The notes beneath the pieces were generated by a model. The model was not told the origin of the DNA. It searched no databases and saw nothing but the letters and a program-made list of their open reading frames with translations. Positions 1 to 10,784 of a stretch of 40,640 nt of DNA are shown here, piece after piece (within the stretch, counting starts at the first letter, position 1; each line of letters opens with the position of its first letter). Where the stretch lies: the NCBI GenBank assembly GCA_000388065.2, contig KB932208.1; one strand, 5' to 3'. Origin of the DNA: Fonticula alba ATCC 38817. Its lineage: Eukaryota > Protista > Nucleariida. The position numbers and the translations under genes are program-made.

Positions 1-3000
1 CCCCCCCCCCACATACACACACGGCCGGAGCATCATGGCCCACCCAAGTGATGGGCCGGCTCGGTCCGGCTGACGGCCTCGGGCGCCGGGACTCCGGGGG
101 CCCGCCTCGCGGGTGCTCGCATTTCGCGCGGCTCACCTCGCCCGGCGCCGTCCACCTCACGCCAGCCACGTCGGGGGGGGGGCACCCGGTCGGGCCCCTT
201 GCCAGGGGCACGCCCCTAAAAAGGGGGACCCGGAAGGGGGGGGGGGGCGCGCGCGCCGCGGCGGGGATGTTGCAACCGCCAGCCGAGGCGGGCAGGAGGC
301 CCAAGTGGGGAGGTATTTGTGCGTGCGTGTGTTCCCCCCCCCCTCCCCCCGGCTGCCGGAGGTGACACGCGCGGCGGCATGCGCCAGGTGACGCATGCAG
401 TTCGTCTGGGTGATGTGCCCTCTCGGGTGGCCGGATCTCGGCCTGCGGCACCCGTGCCGGAAGAGACCGCCGCCCTGCTCCCCGGAGCCCTGGGGCGCGT
501 GAGCCGCAGCCGCCACGGGGAACCAGGGGAGGGCAAGGGGGGGGGGGGGGGGGCAGGGGGCTCACACGTTCCGGGGCTCAACGTGTGCTGGGCCCATGTC
601 CCGGGCGCCCTCCTTTCTCGACCGCTCTCTTCGGGGTATGGGCCAGTGGCGTGGGGGAGAGCCGACTTTTCTATGCCCGGTCCTCCGGCCCCCCCCCCCC
701 CAAGGCGCAAGATGAGCCGCCGAAGTGGGTGCGCCGGCCCTCCGACCGGCCTTTTCGGCCCACGCCCGGACAATCTCCCCTGGCCTTGTCATTTGGCCTG
801 CGAGACTGCGCGTTCGCGGATCCCCCGCCCTCCCCCAGCCTCCGCACCGAGGGCAGAGAGCTACTTCCCAGAATGGGAGGGCCTTGCCCCCTCCCCCCGC
901 CAGCGAGATTTGGGTGTTATTTCTTTCGGGCAGGCCTTCTCGCGCACGAGGCCCTTTGGCACCTCGGCCGGGTGGGGGCCGGTGGGTTGTCAAGTCGCTG
1001 GCGGTCTCTCGCTCGTCGTGCCCTCCCTTGTCCCCGGCCCCGGCGGCAGGCGTCAATGGCGGAACCCTACCCCCCCCCCCCCTCCCGCCCCCGTCCCGGG
1101 CGCGAAAGAAAAATAGAGGGCAACCGGGCGCATGGTCGTTTGCGCTGGGCCGACGCGCGTCGGCCTGCGGGCGGCCTGCCTCGCTTCCGCCGGACCCTTT
1201 CTCGCCTTGGTCCACCCGCTTGCGACCCGGGCAAACGCGACGGTCCGGGGTGGGGGGGGGGGGGGGAGGGCGAGGAAAGGGGATTCCCCTGGCCCAGCCA
1301 CGTTCCCAAGCGCGCCAAGGGAGCGCCGCGGCAAGAGAGGTCACACATGGGGCGAGACGTGCGAGCGCTTACGCCGGTATACGCACACGCGCCCATCCAT
1401 GCGTGTGCCGCTCGCGGCCCGGCCACCTGCCAGGTGCCGCCACTTGGCGCTGCTCAAGCATGCCCTGAGGTGCTCACTCCCCCCCCCCCCCCCCCCCGTT
1501 CCCCCCGCCCGCCACACGGGCACTCGAGGGTGACGGGGTCCCCGGGGCAGGTGAGGTGTAATGAACCCTCGCCCCCGGGACTGCGGTGGCCGTTGGCCGG
1601 CCGGCCGCTGGAGCGCGGCGCGCAGTCTACCCCTGGAGGCGGTTACCCATCCCGTGGCACCCTGGCCTCCTCGCCCCCCGCCCCCCCCCCCCCCCCCGCG
1701 GCCCTGCCCCTCCCCTCGCCTTTCTCCACACCAGCCACTGACCTCTGGACCTGGGTCGCCTGCCTGCCCGCCCCCCCCCCCCCCCCCCCCCCCCAGGCTT
1801 GCTGGTGCGCACCTCGCACCTCATTTACTCCATTCCTGCCCTGCAGGGCGCCGCTGCCCCGACCCCCTGAGAGCGTTTCTCCAGGCGGTCTCCTTCTCGC
1901 CAGGGTGCAGGCGGGGCGGGGGGCTCCAGGGCCCGAGGGCGAAAGACGCCGCGCCCTGGGCGCTTGCGCCGCGCAAGCGCCCGCCCACACGCGCGTCGCC
2001 CTGGGAGGGAGGCGGCCGGCGGGCTGGGTATCGGTGTCCCTGGGTGGCTGCCGGCCCCGCCGCAGTCCGGGTGAGGTGCCGCATTATGTGCCAGGCGAGG
2101 GGGGAGCTTGTTCTTCGCGCGCGCGCGCCAAGCAGGCACCGCGGCTCCCTGCGCTCTTGCCCGGGGCACCTGAGTGGAAGGGCCCACCAGTCTACGAGCA
2201 TTCGTGGGCCTCCCGTAGGTGCGTGTGCGGACGCCGGTGTTCGCGCCGAGGGGCGCACAAGTCCAGACGCGGAGGCGCAGCTTCGGGACTGGTGCGCTTG
2301 TCCCCCCCCCCCCCCAGGGGAGACTCGGGCGACCCCTGCGCGCCCTGTGCAGACACGGGCATCCGGGGGGAGAGGCCGTGCGCGCGAGCTCCCCCGGCCA
2401 CGGAGCAACACACTGGCCGGGGCGGCCTACGCCAGCAGGCTCGGAAGGGGCAGCGTGTGTGTGTGTGTGTCTGTGTGTCCGGTGCGGGCGTGCGAGCGAA
2501 TTCCGTCCCCCTTCGGAGTCCCCCGGCCCGGCCGCGGACCACCGGGGGGAGGGACGCGGCCAGCCCACGCCCCCTGAAGCGGTCGTGGGGCCGCTTCGCC
2601 TTTTACCCCCCCCCTTGGGGGTGTGTCCGGGTGCGCGCCTTCTCGCCGGCCGGCGCGGGGAGAGGGGGTGATTTTTATTGTAGTCCCAACTCCCCCGTTC
2701 GAAGGACCTCTCGCCACAGGCTAGTGTAGCGCTCTCCCTTTGATTGTCCGTTCTCTCCCCCTCCCCCCCTGCGAGAGCCTTCACAACGCCACTCTCCCTC
2801 TCCTCCTGCCCTTCGCACTCTCCCCTCCCCCCCCCCTTTCAGTGCCCCGCCATCCTTTTCGCCATTGCCCCTCCCCCACGCCCTTGTTTGCCTCCCCCCC
2901 CGGCGCCCTTCCCCCCTCCTCCCCCCTCCCCAGGCCGAGGAGCACGTCCCTTGTGCTTCCTCTCCTGCGCGCCTCCTCCGCTTTTCCCCTCTTTCCCCCC

Positions 3001-3275
3001 CTGCTCAAGGGCACCGCGCCCCCCCCTCTCCCTTTCTCTCCCTCGCACTGACGCCATTCGCCGTCTTTCGCGCTCTCCCCATCTTCCCTCCGCCAGCGAG
3101 CCTCCACCCTTCTCCGCCCCCTCTCCCCCGCCACCACCACCACCACCACCACCAACCGGACCCCTGTCCCATCGCCCACTCACTCGTCCCCCTCCCTCTC
3201 CCTATCACAGCAGGTTATCCGCCTCATCCCCCTCCCCCCCAATCGCTCGCCCACTTCAACCGCCTCTTCCCCACC

Positions 3276-4304
3276 ATGCAGGCCATCAAGTGTGTCGTCG
3301 TCGGTGATGGGTGCGTTTCTTCCTGGTTCTTTCTCCCTCTCTCTCTCTCTCCCCCCATACTCTTTCGCTTCCGTCCCTCCTCCCCCTCCCCTCCCCGGCC
3401 GGAGGTTACTGACTCTCCCCTCCACACCCTTCCCTGCTCCTTCCAGTGCCGTCGGTAAGACTTGTCTTCTGATTTCTTACACCACCAACGCTTTCCCCGG
3501 CGAGTACATCCCCACTGTGTGCGTCGTCCCCGCACACTACTATGCCCATGACCGGCCTCTCTTCTCTCTCTCTCTCTCTGCGTATCCTGCTCATTCTCCT
3601 TTACCCCTCCCTCCATGTCATCTCCCTCTCACTCACTCTCTCCCCCTGTGCTGCTACTCTCTCTCTCTCTCTGCCCCATTCTCTGCCAATGTGCTTTCCT
3701 TCTTCAGCTTCGACAACTACTCCGCCAACGTCATGGTCGACGGCAAGCCCATCAACCTCGGCCTGTGGGATACCGCCGGCCAGGAGGACTACGACCGTCT
3801 CCGCCCCCTCTCCTACCCCCAGACCGATGTCTTCCTCATTTGCTTCTCCATCGTCAACCCCTCTTCGTACGAGAACGTTCGCAGCAAGGTACGCGCCAGC
3901 CTCCCCCCTCTCTCCCTCCTCCTCCCCCGCCGCCGCTGCCGCCGCCTTCTCCACTTTCTGTGTCCTTGTCCTTGCTCACCTCGCCCCCCTTCCCCTCCCC
4001 CTTCTCGCCACAGTGGTTCCCTGAGATCAGCCACCACTCTCCCAAGACCCCGATCATCGTTGTCGGCACCAAGCTCGATCTTCGTGAGGATGTTGATACC
4101 ATCTCTCGTCTCAAGGAGAAGCGCCAGGCTCCCACCACCTACCAGCAGGGTCTCCAGATTGCCAAGGAGATCGACGCCGTCAAGTACCTCGAGTGCTCTG
4201 CGCTCACCCAGAAGGGCCTCAAGAACGTCTTCGACGAGGCCATCCGTGCCGTCCTGGCCCCCCGCTCTCCCCGGAAACAGAGCAAGTCTTGCCTCCTCTT
4301 CTAA
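3276..4304 (+). CDS. RAC1: Rac1-like Rho-family small GTPase, 192 aa, 4 exons: 3276-3310, 3447-3518, 3708-3888, 4014-4304
   Basis: The spliced product reads [78 protein letters not shown]...[22 protein letters not shown]...CLLF. It has the G1-G5 motifs, the Rac effector loop and a CaaX box. All introns are GT-AG and the phases (2,2,0) give an intact 192-aa frame. Confidence 0.97.
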
Positions 4305-5810
4305 GGGCCTTCCCCTCTCTCCCCCCTTGAGAATGTCCCTTCCGGCGCTCCGCCCCCTCTATCCCCCCCTGTCTTTCTCTCAGCGCGCGGCACCGGGCAC
4401 ATCATCCACGTCTCCCCCTCCCCCTCTCTACCGCTGTCCTCTCCCTCTCTCCTCCTGCCCCCCCCCCTTCCGTCTGCGCGCACCCATCAGTGGTGTAGCC
4501 TACTCCCGGGGGGCGGAGGGCCGAGAGGCCAGGGGCGGAATCGGGCCCCGGCGGGGAGGCTGCTTGTCGTCCCCGCTGTAGGTGGGGCCTGTCCATCTTG
4601 CAGTTGATGTTCGTCCACCGCCACGCATCGCGCGCTGTGCTGTGTCGAAGGGGCGCCGCCGACCAAGGCCCGCTTGGCTGCCTCTCTCTCTCTCTCTCTC
4701 CCCTGCCGTCACGAGCAACCTCCTCCCTCTCCCTCCCATACGGGTCTCAGTCCGCACGCAAGAAGAGCTTCGGAGACACGAGCGATGCTGGCGCCCTCTC
4801 CTGTAATGTGTGTCACCACGCGTGAGGGGGCATCCGGGCGTGTGTTTGCACCTCCTCTTCCTCCCTTGTTATCCTACTGGCGGGTGTGGGTGGCGGCCTC
4901 CGCCACTCGCGCTTCCCCCCCTCCCATTGCCTCCCGTGTGTTCTCCTCCCCTCTCTCCCCCTCCCTCTCCCTCTTCCTCCCCTTTGTCCCTCCCCGAGGA
5001 AGGCGGGTTGTCCTCCAGCTGTTTCCCAATTTTCTGCACCACACCTTTTCTTTCTCCCCCCCCGAAAAAAAAACACATAGTACGAACATGCCTCCCCTCG
5101 TCTTTTGTTTTGTGTGTTCCCCCTTGATGCACGCTTTGCGCCTCCCCCCCCCCCCCTCTCCCTCTCCCTCTCCCTCTCTCTCTTCCTTTTTCTCTCTTCC
5201 CCTTGGCGTTCTTCTCCATGTCTGGGTGTTTGCATTCCCCCTCGCCTTGGCCTCTTCGCCTCCCCACCTCCCCTCTGACACCTCCTCTTCCCCGCCCAGT
5301 CTGTGCCATCTTCTTCCTACCTGCACGCGCATGCATGCCTGCGCGTATGCATGTTTGTGGGTGGGTATTTTTCCCTTTTCCCCTTCTCCCATTGTGTGCA
5401 TCTTCCACTCTGCTGCTCCTCTCAGAAGCCCTTTCAGTCTTAGCTCTTCTCCTTCGCTCCCCTTCAATGTACTTGAATTTGCACACACCCGGCTCCTCGC
5501 GCCATACATAGCCCCCCCTGTCTCTCCCTGTCTCTCCATTTTATCCCACTTTTCTGGGTGTGTGAATTGGTTTCCCTCTCCCCTTCAGATGGATGTTTGT
5601 CCCTTTTCCTGATGGCTCGCCCCCCTTTCTTCCCGCAGAATGGGAGTTTGCTTCTATTTCCCCAAGGAGACATCATATTGTGTGCAGGTGTATGCCCCAG
5701 AGGTGAGCTCGCTGGGGAGGGGGGACAGGGAGCGCGCGCGCGCGGGGGAGGGGGGGGGGGGCGGGAGAGGGCTTTGCCCAGAAGAGGACATGAGTTATGG
5801 GCGGACCTCC

Positions 5811-7427
5811 TCACGCCTTCATCTCACTCATCTCCTCCACGCAAGCCGGTCCAAGGGCAGGCTTCACCACGCAGGCCATCCCCTTGAGGACGAAGGCTCC
5901 GGCCTCCGGGCGACCAACAGCCGGGCGGGCAACCACACCGCCAGTGCTCTCGACCACGACCACCGGCTGGCCGGGAGCTCCGGTGAAGGTTGTCCGCGAG
6001 GGCGCATGCGCAGTCAAGTCGCCAGATTCCATGACATCGGCCTCGGAGGATTCGATGCCGGCCAGTGCCATGGAGGCAGGCATGTCAAGCTGCAGCGAGG
6101 CCACCGCATCGGACATGGCAAACGCATCGGCCGCCGCCTCGTTGCCAGGCTCGGCGCCCGCAAGCCCCGAGGAATAGGTGAAGAACTGGACCCGGGCATC
6201 CGCATGCAAGCGGTCAATCGTATCCAGACCCACCTGGCCGCGTGAGGGATCACCCCCAGTCACCGAATACACCCGGCATCGGGTCAAGTCAAGGGCCGAC
6301 CCATTGCCAGGCGCCTTGGACGTCGCGGCCACCTCCACCGCGGCAAAGATGTGGCGCTCGCCACGGACAGACCCCGGCGCCTGGCCGGTGGCCGCCTCGG
6401 CCACAGACGAAGCAGCCGGCAGGTGGCGGCGATCGATGCCAGACTGGCCGGCAAAGGACATGGGCGCGGAGGCGAAGAACGGATCCGTCGGGGGAAGATG
6501 CTGCTTCAGACCCTCGAGAAGGGCCTCGGCCGGGGTGACCGTGTCCCAGGCATCCGGGTCATCGGCCACCGAGCCATCGATGGCATCCTCCACAGCCAGA
6601 TCAACCAAGATGTTGCCACTGCAGCGGGCAATCCGGTACACGGCCGAGATCGGGCGCAGGGGGCGGATGGTGGCTGGGGATTCGGCGGCCACGGCACCAT
6701 CCGCCGGCAGGGCCACCCCAACAACGCCCCCCTCGCCGAGTACCTGCTCATCCATGAACATCGACCAGGGGAGCCCCGTGACAAAGGGCGTGGCCGCGGC
6801 CACGGCGCCGGACACCGACCAGCCAGGAGGGCTGACCGCTTCCGGGCCCTGCATCGCGCGGAGGAAGTGCTCGAGGTGCCGATCGCCCAGGAGGAAGATG
6901 CTTCCCCCGGGCCCGGTGAGGCTGCTCGCCAGGTCGGTGGGCAAATCCACCCGCTGGGTGGGGGTGTCCGCACGCAAAGCTGCCAGGCCCGGGACCGGCG
7001 GCCCATTGCCCGGCTGCCCAGGTCCGGGGAAAATCCCGCCGAGGCTCAAGTCCGGCTGCTGATTTGAGGCCCATTTGCCCACCTGCTTGGCTGTGATGCC
7101 TTCCAGGCGACTGTAAAAAGGGGCCCCCTGGCCCCCGATGAGAGCCACCGCGCCCACTTGCTCGGCCTCCGGGCCAGTGACCACTTGCAGGCCGTCCACC
7201 AGGCCACCGAACACCCGGATCGGCCGGGTCCCCGGGGCGCGGGCCTCATTCAGCATCTGATAGAGAACCGGCCCGGCCAGCTGGGCGTTGCCCGGCGCGA
7301 GGCGGGCATTCACCAGCAGCCCAACGAAGGGGCTGGCGGCCGAGTTGAGTTCCGGCGTGGAGGCGCGCAGGCCGGCCAACGCATCAACCAGGCCGCTCAG
7401 CGTGCGGTGATACTTCAGTCGGAGCAT
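5811..7427 (-). CDS. Stand-alone FIST-domain protein (FIST_C-like), about 538 aa from the first in-frame ATG; 5' end uncertain
   Basis: Long ORF 5811..7589. The motifs LRPISAVYRIARCSGNILVDL and VTGGDPSRGQVGLDTIDRLHADARVQFF resemble FIST_C. KQVGKW and AAATPFVTGLPWSMF resemble fungal FIST-family proteins (recalled similarity, no search run). A pyrimidine tract plus CAG at 7456-7454 suggests a further upstream exon that I could not resolve. Confidence 0.65.
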   Translation of the reverse strand: MLRLKYHRTLSGLVDALAGLRASTPELNSAASPFVGLLVNARLAPGNAQLAGPVLYQMLNEARAPGTRPIRVFGGLVDGLQVVTGPEAEQVGAVALIGGQGAPFYSRLEGITAKQVGKWASNQQPDLSLGGIFPGPGQPGNGPPVPGLAALRADTPTQRVDLPTDLASSLTGPGGSIFLLGDRHLEHFLRAMQGPEAVSPPGWSVSGAVAAATPFVTGLPWSMFMDEQVLGEGGVVGVALPADGAVAAESPATIRPLRPISAVYRIARCSGNILVDLAVEDAIDGSVADDPDAWDTVTPAEALLEGLKQHLPPTDPFFASAPMSFAGQSGIDRRHLPAASSVAEAATGQAPGSVRGERHIFAAVEVAATSKAPGNGSALDLTRCRVYSVTGGDPSRGQVGLDTIDRLHADARVQFFTYSSGLAGAEPGNEAAADAFAMSDAVASLQLDMPASMALAGIESSEADVMESGDLTAHAPSRTTFTGAPGQPVVVVESTGGVVARPAVGRPEAGAFVLKGMACVVKPALGPACVEEMSEMKA

Positions 7428-8034
7428 CGGTTCGACAGGGGGAAGACCCTTTCCTGAGGCGGAGAATGACGAAGGCACACAGGCAGGAGGGAGGTGCAGT
7501 GGGCGACCGAGGCAGGGAGGCAGGGAGGGAAGGAGGGAGTGTTTGGCAAGGTGGCGATGGCCGAGCCCGGCGAGGAGGGCCCCATACACGCTGGTTTTCA
7601 GGACGCGAGGAGACAGGGCGAGAAAGAGGGGGAGAGGGGAAAAGCCAGCCTCCGGGGAGGGGGGCAGGCCAGCTCTCCGGTCTATTTACATCTTTCCCGG
7701 GCTGGAGGAGAAAGGACCGTCAGCACAGATGCTGGAGAAACAAGGAACGGGAGTGCGCCATGCGAGGGCGGGGGGGGGGGGGGACCACCCGCCAAGAGGG
7801 CGCAAGACTCACCATTGGTGCGGGAGAACGGGGGCGTTTCTCGCCGGGGCGGGCTGTCTGCCGCCCTCGCTCGCTCGCTGTCTCTCCCTCTCTCTCTGCG
7901 CCCCAGTGAAGTCGGCGAGATCGCGGGCTGGGGACACACTGTGGCAGCCGAGAGACGCCCCGGCAGCCGGCGCACAAACGTGCCCCCACGTTTGAGATCT
8001 ACTTGCCGAAGTCCTGTCATGTGATTCAAGCAGG

Positions 8035-9642
8035 TCAGCAGAGCGCAGAACACCCACAACGCGCATCCGGCTGGGCTGGCAAACATACCACACAAAGAGG
8101 CTTGTCCCCAAGGGCAAGCCCGTACAGATCGTGTCGGACATGCTGGGCGGCAAGCTCGCACTCGAAGTTGGCGAAGGCCTGGCCGCGCATGCGTTTTTCC
8201 AGTACCCGAAGGGAGTATCGACGGTCAGAGGCGCTGGGCGAGTCGAGCACGATAGGACAGGGCAGCGAGCCGAATGTCGGGCAGACTGTCAGTCACCAGC
8301 GATGGCTCTCTTAGGCCTGGAGGAGGGCGGCAGCGGTAGGAGCGAGATGGGGGGAGGGGGGGGGAGTGGAGGCGGAGGAGGCGCAGCGTGATGGATGGAA
8401 GTGGCCCGGTGATGTAGATGCAGGAAGATGTGGGCGTACCTCGGCAGGCCCGACAGGCTGATGTCAATTAGATGTGAGAGGAGCGTCTCGTTGACTGATC
8501 GGTGGAGGTTTTTCAAGAACAGTCGCGAGGTGGCCGGCGCGGCGGCCTCCCCCGCGGCACCAGGCGGAGCTGACCGGCCAAAGATCCGGGGATAATCGCG
8601 GGTCAGCTGCTCAACAGGCAGCTTCATGGCCAGGAGCTCTTCGCGGGTGGTGATCGCCTCGATGGCTGACTGAACAGCCGAGGCTGGGGCTGTGGCGATG
8701 GGGGCAGCCCGCGGCACCGCGGGGCTGGAGGCCACGAGGGGAGCTGCCTCGGAGCCTTCAGCCGGGGCTTTAGGCATGTCAGACCCGGCAGCTGAAGCGG
8801 GATTCGACCCGGCAAGCGGCTTGGCGGGTGCGGTCGGTGTCAAGGTGGGCCCCTGGGCCTGGGGGGGATTTGGAGGTCTCGCCTGGCGAGGGGGGGTTGA
8901 GGCTCGAGGGGAGGCCGCGGCCTTACTGGCCAGAGGCTCATCATGGGGGACTAGGCCCGGGGCGGAGGGGGGGGTTTCGCTGGCAGAGGCCGTTCCTGGG
9001 GAGGAGGCCTTCTTGGGCACGGGAGGGGCCCTCAGCGAGGAGACTGACTCAGGTGCCACTGGTGCCGGGGGGGCGGCAGCAGGGGCAACAGAGGCGGCAG
9101 ATGCCAGGGCAGTAGCAGGACCAGGGGCAAATGGAGAAGAGGCACCAGGGACAGGAGTGGAGGAGGCATCGGCAGCAACGGCAGCGGGGGCGGGTGTCGA
9201 TGCGGGCCCGGAGACAGTCGTCTTCCTTTTGGGCTGCGCAAGCCGCGTCGACGGTCGAGCTGCCGGAGCGATGGGCCGCGCGTGAGGCGTGTCCTCCTCG
9301 TCGGATTCGAGCTCCGACTCATCGGAGTCGAGGCCGCGCTGGCGCTTGGCCACGCCGACGCGCGCCGCCTCGAGGACATCCTCATAGACCGGGGGGAAGC
9401 CGGTCGGCGCCAGCGCCGGGTCCAAGCACACGGGACTTGAATCCAGATCAAAGGGCGGGGGGAGATTCATCACATTCATCAGGTGTAAAACTTGCACATA
9501 AAGCCGAGGCAGGGAGGCAATTGCGGCGGCCATGCGGCCAACAATCGCGGCTGTCGGCTGGGGATACCGATAGACAATGCCATCGGGCCAAGCGTGCGCC
9601 GCACCAGCGTACGTCATAACCACCGGCGGGCTGGTGGCATCT

Positions 9643-9673
<31 letters not shown>

Positions 9674-10172
9674 TCGCGGTGGATGCCGCCCGATGGAGGA
9701 GCTTGCGTCGGAGTCGGCGCCGTGCGGCCGGCGTCCGGGGGCCATCGGCGGTCGTGGCACTCGGACATTCGGCAGGCAGTCGTGCCGCAAGACGTTGGGC
9801 CACGGCGGCCGGCTGGTAATCCGCGAGAGACGCGCGGAAATGGTGGCCAATGTCCGGATGCCCGACATCGAGCACCGATGGGCCAGGAGCCAAGGGACAC
9901 ATAGCCGGCCTGCCGGAGTGAGGAGAGGGTGCCTGCCTGGGGCGCTTTCGTGACCGGCGATCCGGGGGAGCTCCCGACATGGACGACATGTTTGATTGGG
10001 CCGCCGGCCGGGGCATTGGCTGCCCATGGGCGCCGAGCGGGGGCCGTGGGGCCAGGCCGATAAACGGCAGAGATCCTGGTGCCAGGGCCATCAGTCCCGG
10101 CGGAGGATAGGGCAATGGGAAGGCATTGGCGGATGGCCGTGGCCAGTGGCTCGGGGGTGGCCTGGTGCTCAT
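8035..10172 (-). CDS. RNPC3: U11/U12 snRNP 65K protein (RNPC3) orthologue, about 643 aa, 2 exons: 10172-8440, 8233-8035
   Basis: It has the diagnostic central block YRYPQPTAAIVGRMAAAIASLPRLYVQVLHLMNVMNLPPPF (9572-9450), followed by the acidic ESELESDEED. The C-terminal RRM is split by a phase-2 intron (GTACGC...CCCAG): LFLKNLHRSVNETLLSHL...RYSLRVLEKRMRGQAFANF...GDKPLCV, matching human 65K RRM2 (RMKGQAF...KPMVV). The start codon at 10172 is inferred. Confidence 0.88.
9642..9671 (-). repeat. (CAG/CAA)10 polyglutamine tract in RNPC3
   Basis: The minus strand reads CAG x6 CAA CAG CAG CAA, in frame (Q10). Confidence 0.95.
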
Positions 10173-10784
10173 CGAAGCAGGGAGAAGCTGGCGGCTGAGG
10201 AGAGGCCGAGAGCAGGCAGAGATGGACCCCAAGGAGCGTGTGTATGTGCGGTGGTGGCGGAGGGCGAGGGAGGATGGCGCGGGGGAGGAGGGGGAATCAT
10301 TACCGGATGACACAGGAGCCAAGTCAGATCTGCCCAACAGCGGCTTCAATCGAACAAGCACCCCCTCGGCAGAGGGGCGATCCAGGGCAGCCGCCCCGCG
10401 CCCCGAGGTAACAACAGCCGCCCCGCCGGGCTCGCGCACATATGCAACGCGGTGGGATGTGGCGGGCGTGGAAAAGGTGCGCCGCGCACCCGTTGGAGAT
10501 CCCTGTTTTCCATTTGCAAAGCAGATCACGTGCCCCCATCTTCGCCCACGATCGGTCGCATTTCCCCCGCCCCTCGTTTATCTTGGCGCCGAAAAAGGGA
10601 ACGAGGCAAGGACACTCCATGCGAGGGAGAAGGTGGTGTATACATTTGGCGCACGCCCTCTGCCGAGAGGACACACAGGCGCAGGCGCATGCACACGCAC
10701 ACACACAGGGGGGGGGGGGGGGACCTAAGGAAAAAAAATACGCCGGAAAGCGTCACTACTCCACCGGGTGTGTCCCGGGGCGGC

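Noticed and set aside
585-2729. 714-aa ORF and the many other long overlapping ORFs in intergenic regions (1-3200, 12700-18200, 26400-29000, 38200-40640)
   Set aside because: They are Pro/Gly/Arg-rich translations of GC-rich DNA, homopolymers and microsatellites, open on several frames at once, with no recognisable domain. Stop codons are simply rare at this GC content.
3582-3604. GTATCCTG in Rac1 intron 2 (and GTATCCTC at 17658) resembling a U12-type donor
   Set aside because: Neither is at an exon boundary, both mismatch the +8 T, and there is no properly spaced TCCTTAAC branch site with a 3' splice site.
7590-7760. Candidate upstream exon for the FIST gene using donor GTGTAT at 7589
   Set aside because: In the required phase the frame reaches a stop with no ATG, so the 5' structure is left unresolved.
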